Program-made: the position numbers and the translations under genes | Notes under the pieces: model-generated | What the model saw: only the letters and a program-made list of their open reading frames with translations | Told to the model about the DNA's origin: nothing | Databases searched by the model: none | Assembly: GCA_038826015.1 (NCBI GenBank) | Contig: JAWBOR010000001.1 | Span: forward strand, 1 to 46,039 | Length of the DNA stretch: 46,039 bases | Direction: 5' to 3' | Source of the DNA: Candidatus Bathyarchaeia archaeon | GTDB taxonomy: Archaea; Thermoproteota; Bathyarchaeia; Bathyarchaeales; DTEX01 | Shown here: one piece after another, positions 19,212 through 26,859 of the stretch | Numbering within the stretch: the stretch's first letter is position 1 | Layout: every line of letters begins with the position of its first letter

Positions 19212-20459
19212 TTGGAGCCAAAAGCCAAAGACAAAATAGTGGCATTTGACGTTGAAGGTGTAATCATACCTAAAATACGGTTCATCTTCTTCGAAGTTAT
19301 CGGAAGAATAGGGTTATGGCCTTTTATTAAAGCAGCATTTCTCGGCTTACTCTATGAAATCGGGTTAATATCTATAAAGAAAACATTAAAAAATCTTTAC
19401 AAACTCCTTAAAGGCTATTCTTTCGATCGATTCATAAATTTGTTCCAGAGAATCTCCTTAATGCCTGAAGTGGAAAACACTTTCGCCGAGCTTAAAAAAG
19501 CAGGTTTTAAAACCGCCCTGATAAGTTCAGGTATACCTAAAGTTGCCTTGGAAAATCTTGGTCAAAAATTGGGAGTTGACTATATTTCTGGTTTGGAGAT
19601 TGGTTTGTCTGAAGGATGTTTAACAGGAGATATCTGGGGAGATGTAATTGAATCTGAGGGAAAGGCTGTTGCATTCAAGAAAATTCTGGACAATGAGCGT
19701 TTTTCATCTCCTTATTGTATTGGGGTAGCTGACGACAGAAATAACCTGCCTATGTTTCAGATGTGCCATCTCAAGATAGGGTACAACCCAGATTTTATTT
19801 TAAGTTATAAGTCGGACTATGTCGTTAAAGGAGACCTTTCAGAAATAATTCCCATAATCGAAGGAAACTACAAAGAAAAAAGCCATCCAGTTTCTACAAA
19901 AACTATAATACGTGAAACTATACATATAAGCGGATTCTTAGTACCCTTCTTATGCCTATATTTGGTTTCCCGTTACATGATGAGTTTGATAATATTTTTG
20001 GTTGCAACATTGTATGTGATTTCAGAGACTGAAAGAATGTTTGGAATCGATGTCCCAATTATTTCAGATTTAACATTTGTGGCAGCTGGCAAATCTGAAT
20101 TCCAAGAGTTCGTGACATCACCCATATTTTTCGCTTTTGGAATGATGCTTTCGCTTTTAATATTTCCCGAGCCAATAGGCTACGTATCCATTTCAGTTTT
20201 AACTTTCGGCGACGGATTTGCTTCAATCTTCGGAAGCATGTTCGGCAAGAAGTGCATACCTTACAACAAAGGCAAGAAACTGGAAGGAACATTATTCGGT
20301 TTCCTATTTGCCTTCAGCGCTTCTCTCCTTTTTGTTAACCCCCTAAAAGCCTTCATCACGTCTGCTGTTGGCATGTTCGTTGAAACTCTACCGTTGCCAG
20401 TTAATGATAACGTGACCGTACCAGTAGCCTCGGGTTTAACGTTGATGACCCTAATATAG
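19212..20459 (+). CDS. Fusion protein: N-terminal HAD (SerB-like) phosphatase domain + C-terminal CTP-dependent polyprenol/dolichol-kinase-like membrane domain
   Basis: HAD motifs are present: motif I AFDVEGV (D-x-E rather than D-x-D), motif II ISSG, a Lys in GKAVAF and motif IV GVADDRNN. The C-terminal half has about 5 TM helices with GDGFASIFGSMFGKK....KKLEGT, typical of the dolichol kinase/CdsA (CTP_transf_1) superfamily. The start is a TTG. Confidence 0.7.
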   Translation: MEPKAKDKIVAFDVEGVIIPKIRFIFFEVIGRIGLWPFIKAAFLGLLYEIGLISIKKTLKNLYKLLKGYSFDRFINLFQRISLMPEVENTFAELKKAGFKTALISSGIPKVALENLGQKLGVDYISGLEIGLSEGCLTGDIWGDVIESEGKAVAFKKILDNERFSSPYCIGVADDRNNLPMFQMCHLKIGYNPDFILSYKSDYVVKGDLSEIIPIIEGNYKEKSHPVSTKTIIRETIHISGFLVPFLCLYLVSRYMMSLIIFLVATLYVISETERMFGIDVPIISDLTFVAAGKSEFQEFVTSPIFFAFGMMLSLLIFPEPIGYVSISVLTFGDGFASIFGSMFGKKCIPYNKGKKLEGTLFGFLFAFSASLLFVNPLKAFITSAVGMFVETLPLPVNDNVTVPVASGLTLMTLI

Positions 20460-20563
20460 CAAAAAATAACCTAAATGTTTATTATTTTGTTTATTTAATG
20501 GAGACGTGCCGAGGGACTCCTTAATAAGAGGAATATTTCACTTATGCTCTTTAAGAGGAATCC

Positions 20564-22606
20564 GTGTTAATGTTGATTCGAGAGATAATCTTAGAAAATT
20601 TCATGTCCTACGAATATTCTAGAATACCTCTTAAATCAGGAGTAAACCTCATTTGTGGCCCAAACGGAGCTGGTAAATCTTCTATTCTTTTGGGGATATC
20701 AGTTGCTTTGGGTCAGTCTTACACTGAACGTTCAAAAAAGCTCAGCGATCTAATCCGATGGGGTAAAGACATAGGTCGGGTAACACTAGTTCTAGATAAC
20801 TCCAAGAGAAAAGATAGGCGTCCAATACCTAAGATAAACAAGGACCAAATCTTTTTAACTCGAGTTCTTAGAAGAGACGGAAAGTATTGGTTTGAACTTG
20901 ACAACGCCTCTGTAGATAGAGCTGACGTTTTAAGACTCTTATCTCGCTTCCAAGTTGACCCAGACAACATGCTGATTATAATGCATCAAGACATGATTGA
21001 ACAGTTCATTGTGCTTTCGCCACAAGAAAAACTTAAACTTATTGAAGAAGCAGTCGGGCTTGAACCATACAGAAGAAACGTTTTGGAAGCCCGAAATAAG
21101 CTGAGCCGCATTCTTAGCCAAGAAGAATCTCTCGGAAAGATGCTTGAGTCAGCTGAACAAACGCTCAATTATTGGCGTGAACAATATGATAGATTTCAAC
21201 AGAAGAAACAGCTTATGTTGAAAAGACGTTTCTTAGAACGTGAACTCGCGTGGGCAGAAGTTTCCGCAAGAGAAACAGCAGTCTTAGAACTTGAAAAAGA
21301 AATCAACTATAAAAAACAAAGCCTCGAAAAGATTGAAAACACGATTAAGCTTTCTGAAGAGGAAATACGCAAGATTCAAAGCGGGACTAAAAATCTAAAA
21401 GATGAGTGGGAAAGAATCTTCGAGGAAAGGTTTCTGCTTGAAAAGGAAAAAGCGCAGCATGAAATTAATATTCTGAAAGATGAAGAGAACGCAAAAGAAC
21501 TGAGACATTGGATTGAACTTGGGCAAAACGGTGTACAGAAGATTTTAGATAACACTGTTTTTCTAGAGAATTTTGCTGGCTCAAACCCGAACGATTTGGA
21601 AAGCCGAATCAAAGAGATAAGAAGCATCTCAGAAGATTTGAACATGTGGTTCCAAAATCTCGGCAGTCGGTTAAGAGATTTAGAAGAGTCTGTTGATATT
21701 TCAAGCAAAAAAATAGCCGATCTCGATGCCAAACTTGTTGACGTTAAAAATAGGATGCAGAATATAAACCGTGAAATTGACGAGTTCTACAACCGAATTA
21801 TTGATGAAAAGGTTAATTTGGCGATACTTGAATATCAGAAAAAAGAGTTAACCAAAGAAGTAAGCGACTTAGACAGTAACCTGAAAGTTTTGCGTTCCAA
21901 CCTCGATATAGCTGTCACAAAAGCTGGAGAGATGGGTCCACGTGTTGCATCCCTAAGAAGCATGGATATGGTTCTAGACGAGATTAGAATTATAGACGGG
22001 CGCGTAGCCGCCTTAGCAGATGTTTCCGAAGACATAGAGCAGATGTATGAATCTTATTCCAAGCTCTACTTTGAACTTAAAGAGAAAGCCCGCATAGCCG
22101 CAGAAAACCGCGAGAAAGCCTTAGAAGAAATCAAGACAAGAACCGAATCTTGGAAAACCGTGATTCGCGACCTTCTAAATCACATCAGCCTTGAATACCA
22201 AAGAATTCTTTCTCAAGCAGGTGCTACAGGGACGGTCAGGTTAATCAATGAGCAAGACATCGAAGCCGCAGGAGTTGAAATACTTGTTGGATTTAAGGGT
22301 TCTCAGCCTGCTCCGTTAAGCATTTATTCTCAAAGCGGTGGCGAAAGAAGCACGGCAACAATGTCTTTTCTACTTGCCTTACAACAACGTATTAGGTCTC
22401 CTTTCCGAGCTGTAGACGAATACGATGTTCACATGGATCCGAAAAACCGCGAGGTGATTGCCAACCTTCTGATTTCAGCAGTGAGCGGAGGAGAAGCTCA
22501 ATATTTGGCAATAACTCCTAACCAGATGCTTTTCGAAGGAAAAGATGTTCACATAATTACTGTTCAGAATATCGAAGGAATCTCCCTAGTCAAGGAGGTT
22601 ACCTGA
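20564..22606 (+). CDS. Short SMC-family ATPase with Smc5/Smc6-like head motifs
   Basis: The N-head has IILENFMSY, Walker A GPNGAGKSS and FQVDPDNMLIIMHQDMIEQF...PQEKLKLIEEAVGL. About 380 aa of mostly heptad-rich sequence follows. The C-head has signature QSGGERSTATMSFLLALQ, PFRAVDEYDVHMDPKNRE (Walker B/D-loop) and AQYLAITPN. Start is GTG 20564 or ATG 20570. Confidence 0.8.
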   Translation: MLMLIREIILENFMSYEYSRIPLKSGVNLICGPNGAGKSSILLGISVALGQSYTERSKKLSDLIRWGKDIGRVTLVLDNSKRKDRRPIPKINKDQIFLTRVLRRDGKYWFELDNASVDRADVLRLLSRFQVDPDNMLIIMHQDMIEQFIVLSPQEKLKLIEEAVGLEPYRRNVLEARNKLSRILSQEESLGKMLESAEQTLNYWREQYDRFQQKKQLMLKRRFLERELAWAEVSARETAVLELEKEINYKKQSLEKIENTIKLSEEEIRKIQSGTKNLKDEWERIFEERFLLEKEKAQHEINILKDEENAKELRHWIELGQNGVQKILDNTVFLENFAGSNPNDLESRIKEIRSISEDLNMWFQNLGSRLRDLEESVDISSKKIADLDAKLVDVKNRMQNINREIDEFYNRIIDEKVNLAILEYQKKELTKEVSDLDSNLKVLRSNLDIAVTKAGEMGPRVASLRSMDMVLDEIRIIDGRVAALADVSEDIEQMYESYSKLYFELKEKARIAAENREKALEEIKTRTESWKTVIRDLLNHISLEYQRILSQAGATGTVRLINEQDIEAAGVEILVGFKGSQPAPLSIYSQSGGERSTATMSFLLALQQRIRSPFRAVDEYDVHMDPKNREVIANLLISAVSGGEAQYLAITPNQMLFEGKDVHIITVQNIEGISLVKEVT

Positions 22607-23421
22607 TGCAATCAGCACAGAAGACTAAAAGACTCGCTAAAGAAGAGCTGCAAAGAATAATTGAATTCTGCAAATCCGTTGAAAGCAAAGGCTTGAACCC
22701 TTTTCTAGTCGAAGTGAATGACCTCATAGCCGTAATCAAGGAATATTTTCCACAATGGGAAAAACCCGATGAGCTAAGCTTAGACGCGGAAGCCCTCAAC
22801 CAGATTGCCACAATTATTAAAATGCAAAGTGAGTGGATAAAGCATAGGGCAACATCGCTTTATAGGGATCCCTTCCTAATCGAAGAGAAACTTCGCAGTC
22901 TATCCATTGAAAAGATAGGAGAAATTTTCTTAGAGGCTTGGCGTCCTATAGTTGAGTTTGAACAGATATCGATCCGCGGCTTAAGCGAAGCATTGAGATA
23001 CTGGAATGAGCTGCCGCCGCTAGATGAAAGATGGCGAAAAACTGGCTTTTCACTCATCGAAACTGGAGCAACGACCCGTGAAGAGTTGATTATGCAAGGT
23101 ATACTGTTAAATGAAACCTTCTCTGCAGAATTAGAAAAATTATGGGATGAGTTGAAGAGAGTTTCCGCTGAAAGCGGGAAGGTTAGATATTGGAATTTTA
23201 TTGGAGCTGAAACTTATGGAGAAACAGTGAAACGGGCTTATCTCGTGAGTTTTCTTGTAACGTACGGCTACGCAACATTGGAAATTCGCCCACTTGAAGA
23301 AGAAATTTTTATAAAACCTTACAAGAAAACCGCATCTAAGAAAGAGACGCAGTCAATTTCTTTCCCCATATCAATTAGCTTTGAAGCGTGGAAAAGATGG
23401 AGAGAAAACCAAGAGGCTTAG
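22606..23421 (+). CDS. Kleisin-like protein (ScpA/Nse4-like)
   Basis: Its ATG overlaps the SMC stop (TGATG) and is preceded by AAGGAGGT. The C-terminal block GETVKRAYLVSFLVTYGYATLEIRPLEEEIFIKP resembles the kleisin C-terminal winged helix, as in the ScpA FLALLEL block and Nse4_C TVENLFYLSFL. The N-terminal helical region could form a neck-binding HTH. Confidence 0.6.
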   Translation: MQSAQKTKRLAKEELQRIIEFCKSVESKGLNPFLVEVNDLIAVIKEYFPQWEKPDELSLDAEALNQIATIIKMQSEWIKHRATSLYRDPFLIEEKLRSLSIEKIGEIFLEAWRPIVEFEQISIRGLSEALRYWNELPPLDERWRKTGFSLIETGATTREELIMQGILLNETFSAELEKLWDELKRVSAESGKVRYWNFIGAETYGETVKRAYLVSFLVTYGYATLEIRPLEEEIFIKPYKKTASKKETQSISFPISISFEAWKRWRENQEA

Positions 23422-23996
23422 AACGGAAATCCTACTACGCATCCCAAATGAAGAAGGCAGTTCACCTCTTATTTTATAAGAGACATGCAATGCCAGGTGT
23501 CAAAGGATGGGAATTAAGGAAAAGACTAGGCTCAGACTATCCGAAAGTTATAAACCTGCTTGACGATTTTCTAGAGAAGCTTGATCTAACTGTAAAAACG
23601 GTTTTCGAAGAGGAATCAACAGTACCTGAGAAGCCTTCACTTGAACAACTTGACAAGGCAAGATTCTATGTGACGCTGAGGGGAAGTATTACACCTAAGG
23701 AAGCGAAACTTGTGGGTTGGCGAATAGACGACTTAGCAGCTTTAGCTGTTTCACTTGGTTTTATAATATCGAAGGGTGGAAAATCTTCACGAAAAGATGT
23801 TGAAAACTTGTTGCGAAGCAAACTTCCAGGCTGGAGAGTTGATATAAACCTAAACCGGTATATAAGATATGGCTATTTAATCGAAGATGAGAATGGTCAG
23901 CTCTATCTTGGTTGGCGAACAAGAGCTGAAGTTGACCAAAAGAAACTCATTGACTTATTCTTAGAAACAGAAGTCGAGTTGTCAAGTGAAAAATAA
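23397..23996 (+). CDS. Tandem winged-helix kite-like protein (MAGE/Nse3-like, ScpB-analogous)
   Basis: Two WH-like halves are present: KKAVHLLFYKRHAMPGVKGWELRKRLG...FLEKLDLTVKTVF and LAALAVSLGFIISKGGKSSRKDVENLL...RYIRYGYLIEDENGQLYLGWRTRAEVDQKKLIDLF. The last block parallels the MAGE YLEYRQV...YEFLWGPRA..ETSK.KVL block. Start is ambiguous among GTG 23388, ATG 23397 and ATG 23448. Confidence 0.55.
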   Translation: MERKPRGLERKSYYASQMKKAVHLLFYKRHAMPGVKGWELRKRLGSDYPKVINLLDDFLEKLDLTVKTVFEEESTVPEKPSLEQLDKARFYVTLRGSITPKEAKLVGWRIDDLAALAVSLGFIISKGGKSSRKDVENLLRSKLPGWRVDINLNRYIRYGYLIEDENGQLYLGWRTRAEVDQKKLIDLFLETEVELSSEK

Positions 23997-24158
23997 CACA
24001 GCGTTTCAGAAAAATGAAAGTGATGAAAAGACTGCGTTGGTCATAAACAAATTGTAATATTCGTTATTATGTTTTTCCTTTTAGTTTCCTTGATTTTTCT
24101 TTGTAGTGAAAAGAAATAATAATCCTTTCTTGATTTAGAATAAGTAGAAGGCAAATTG

Positions 24159-25298
24159 ATGGACAAACTAGTCGTTGTTAAAGTAGGTACAAGCAGCTTA
24201 ACAAAAGACGATGGAAGCTTAGACCTAAATGAGATGGAGAATCTAGTTGAACAAATAGCTGAAGCCATAAAACGAGGCTACCAGATCATACTGGTAACGT
24301 CGGGAGCTATAGCTTCAGGAATTGCTGAGTTAGGGGTGAAACCTAATCCAAATGACATTGTTTTTAAGCAAGCTTGCGCAGCTACTGGCCAAAGCATCCT
24401 TATGGCACATTATCGAGACCTGTTTAAGCGTCACGGTTTAAAGGTGGCACAGGTTCTTTTAACCAAAGAAGATCTCTCTAACAGGAGCTCCTATATTCAT
24501 ACATGCAATGTTCTTGATAGGCTTCTCCAACTGGGGGTTGTTCCAATAATCAATGAGAACGATGTCACCTCTATCGACGAAATAATTCCTGTGATGAAAG
24601 GATACAGAGTAAACTTTAGCGACAACGATCTTCTCTCCGTGTTAATAGCCAACGCCACTCAAGCAGATATTGTAATAATTCTGTCAACTGTTGATGGGCT
24701 TTATAGTGCTAACCCAAAGAAACAAGGGGTGCAATTAATTCCAGTCGTCGAGAAGATTACGTCTGATTTAAAAAAGGCTGTTGAGGGAAAAAGCCGTTTT
24801 GGAAGAGGTGGGATGAAGACGAAGCTGGAAGCAGCCGAAATTGCGATGCAAAGCGGCATACCTTTAGTCATAGCTAATAGCCGTAGAAAGAACGTGTTGC
24901 TCGATATTTTAGATAACAAGCCTGTTGGAACTTATTTTAAGCCTGCTGAAAGGAAGATGCGGGGCATAGAGAAGTGGATAGCCTATGGAGCTGGTGCAAA
25001 AGGTCAAATTCATGTTAATGAAGGAGCAAAAAAGGCCATATTAAACGGGGCGAGTTTGCTTGCCGTAGGCATTAGTCGTGTTTCTGGTCAATTTAAGGTT
25101 GGAGATGTTGTTAGCCTTGTTGATTCCGATGAAAATGAGTTTGCAAGAGGCATAGTTAACTATTCAAGTGACGAAATCAACCTGATAAAAGGTATGAACA
25201 CATCTCAGATCAGAAAGGTTTTAGGGTATATCCGACAGAAAGAGATAGTTGTTCGGAAACTCATGCATTTAATCGAGGAGGAAAAAGCCAGTGAATAA
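24159..25298 (+). CDS. proB: Glutamate 5-kinase with C-terminal PUA domain
   Basis: Contains VVKVGTSSLT, VTSGAIASG and NENDV, with a PUA region IHVNEGAKKAILNGASLLAVGI...GDVVSL. Confidence 0.93.
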   Translation: MDKLVVVKVGTSSLTKDDGSLDLNEMENLVEQIAEAIKRGYQIILVTSGAIASGIAELGVKPNPNDIVFKQACAATGQSILMAHYRDLFKRHGLKVAQVLLTKEDLSNRSSYIHTCNVLDRLLQLGVVPIINENDVTSIDEIIPVMKGYRVNFSDNDLLSVLIANATQADIVIILSTVDGLYSANPKKQGVQLIPVVEKITSDLKKAVEGKSRFGRGGMKTKLEAAEIAMQSGIPLVIANSRRKNVLLDILDNKPVGTYFKPAERKMRGIEKWIAYGAGAKGQIHVNEGAKKAILNGASLLAVGISRVSGQFKVGDVVSLVDSDENEFARGIVNYSSDEINLIKGMNTSQIRKVLGYIRQKEIVVRKLMHLIEEEKASE

Positions 25299-26541
25299 TA
25301 TAATAATGGAAATGTGCAAGAAAGCCAAAGATGCATCTTTTAAGCTGGCAAAACTCTCGACTGAAACAAAGAATAAAGCCCTTTACGATATGGCTGACGC
25401 TTTGGAGAAGAACGCAGATGTTATTCTTGAGGCAAATCGGAAAGATGTCGAAGCTTCCAGAAAGAGGGGGGTCAAGGAATCCCTCATAGATAGGCTGGTT
25501 CTTAACAAGTCAAGAATATCCAAGATGGCTCAATGCTTGAGAGAAGTCGCTGAGCTACCTGACCCGATTGGCGAAATCATTAAAACTTGGACGCGACCGA
25601 ATGGTTTGATAATTGGTCAATTACGGGTTCCTTTAGGCGTAGTAGCCGTGATATATGAGTCTCGTCCAGATGTCACTTCTGACGCTGCTGGTATATGCCT
25701 AAAATCTGGTAATGCTGTTATCTTGCGAGGCGGGTCAGATGCGATTAACTCAAATGTTGTCATTGGCAAGATTCTGAGCGAAGCCGCTGTTGACGCGGAT
25801 GTGCCGGAAGGAGCCATACAGGTTGTGCCAATAACCGAAAGAAGTGCTGCTTTGGAACTTATGAAGATGCGGGATTATGTTGATGTTCTCATTCCAAGAG
25901 GCGGGGCTGACCTAATTAGGACGGTTGTAGACAACGCTAAGGTTCCGGTTATCGAGACTGGAACAGGCAACTGCCATGTTTATGTAGAGAATGATGCAGA
26001 CCTAAATAGAGCCATAGACATAATTATCAACGCCAAGTGTCAAAGACCTGGAACATGTAATGCTGCTGAGAAGCTCTTAGTGCATAGGGATATAGCCACT
26101 AGTTTTCTTCCAAAGGTTATCGGTGCCCTTCGAAGTCACGGTGTTGAGGTTAGAGGGTGCGAAGAAACTCGTAAAATAGTTTCAGATGTTAAGCCAGCTA
26201 CTGAAGAAGATTGGTACACGGAGTATTTAGATCTTATAATCGGTGTTAAGGTTGTTGGGAGTCTTGATGAAGCCATAGCCCACATAAATAAATATGGAAC
26301 CAAGCATTCTGATTCTATCTTAACATCGGATTTCAATAAGGCTCTTCGTTTTATTAGGGATGTGGATTCAGCGGCTGTCTACTGGAACGCTTCGACTCGT
26401 TTCACTGATGGAAACCAATATGGGTTAGGAGCTGAGATTGGCATTAGTACCCAGAAGATGCATGCCCGTGGGCCTATGAGCGTACAGCACTTGACAACAA
26501 TCAAATATTTCATCCTAGGACGTGGTCACATAAGAGAATAA
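25291..26541 (+). CDS. proA: Gamma-glutamyl phosphate reductase (glutamate-5-semialdehyde dehydrogenase)
   Basis: Contains VIYESRPDVT, the catalytic Cys region TGTGNCHVYV, QRPGTCNAAEKLLVH, and HSDSILT...WNASTRFTDG. It overlaps the proB end by 8 nt. Confidence 0.93.
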   Translation: MNNIIMEMCKKAKDASFKLAKLSTETKNKALYDMADALEKNADVILEANRKDVEASRKRGVKESLIDRLVLNKSRISKMAQCLREVAELPDPIGEIIKTWTRPNGLIIGQLRVPLGVVAVIYESRPDVTSDAAGICLKSGNAVILRGGSDAINSNVVIGKILSEAAVDADVPEGAIQVVPITERSAALELMKMRDYVDVLIPRGGADLIRTVVDNAKVPVIETGTGNCHVYVENDADLNRAIDIIINAKCQRPGTCNAAEKLLVHRDIATSFLPKVIGALRSHGVEVRGCEETRKIVSDVKPATEEDWYTEYLDLIIGVKVVGSLDEAIAHINKYGTKHSDSILTSDFNKALRFIRDVDSAAVYWNASTRFTDGNQYGLGAEIGISTQKMHARGPMSVQHLTTIKYFILGRGHIRE

Positions 26542-26553
26542 GTTAAGACGTTT

Positions 26554-26745
26554 TTAGTCCCTTTTTCTCTTTTGATTTCTTGCATGGAACAGTGCATCGT
26601 GAATGAGAAGGGTTAATCCTACAATTAGACCGATTGCCCAGATATAAAAATCGAATTTTCCAATAAGGGCAATCCCGTTGATTGTGAGGATGCACCAAAT
26701 TATCAGAATTAACCCAACATAGGCATGGTGAAAATGAAAGTTCAA
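26554..26745 (-). CDS. Small two-TM membrane protein (63 aa), hypothetical
   Basis: Two clear hydrophobic helices (YVGLILIIWCILTINGIALI and IWAIGLIVGLTLLI) are followed by a basic tail. It is preferred over the overlapping 73 aa ORF in another frame. Confidence 0.4.
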   Translation of the reverse strand: MNFHFHHAYVGLILIIWCILTINGIALIGKFDFYIWAIGLIVGLTLLIHDALFHARNQKRKRD

Positions 26746-26859
26746 TTAGTTCAGCTCCATCCAACTGGTTAAGAACTACACCAAGTCTTACTGATTGTTG
26801 TTCAAAAAGTTATTTTTTAAGCCTTTTATGAATCTTTTGTTTAATATTTTTTGGTTAAC

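Noticed and set aside
24021-24080. C/D-box sRNA candidates, seeded by GTGATGA at 24021 and by CTGACTGATGA at 37185-37199.
   Set aside because: No correctly spaced D', C' and terminal D (CTGA) boxes follow either C-box-like heptamer, so the matches are most likely chance.
26543-26764. 73-aa minus-strand ORF overlapping the small membrane-protein ORF.
   Set aside because: The alternative frame (26554-26745) gives two clean TM helices and a basic tail. This frame gives Cys/Arg/Pro-rich sequence typical of an off-frame translation.
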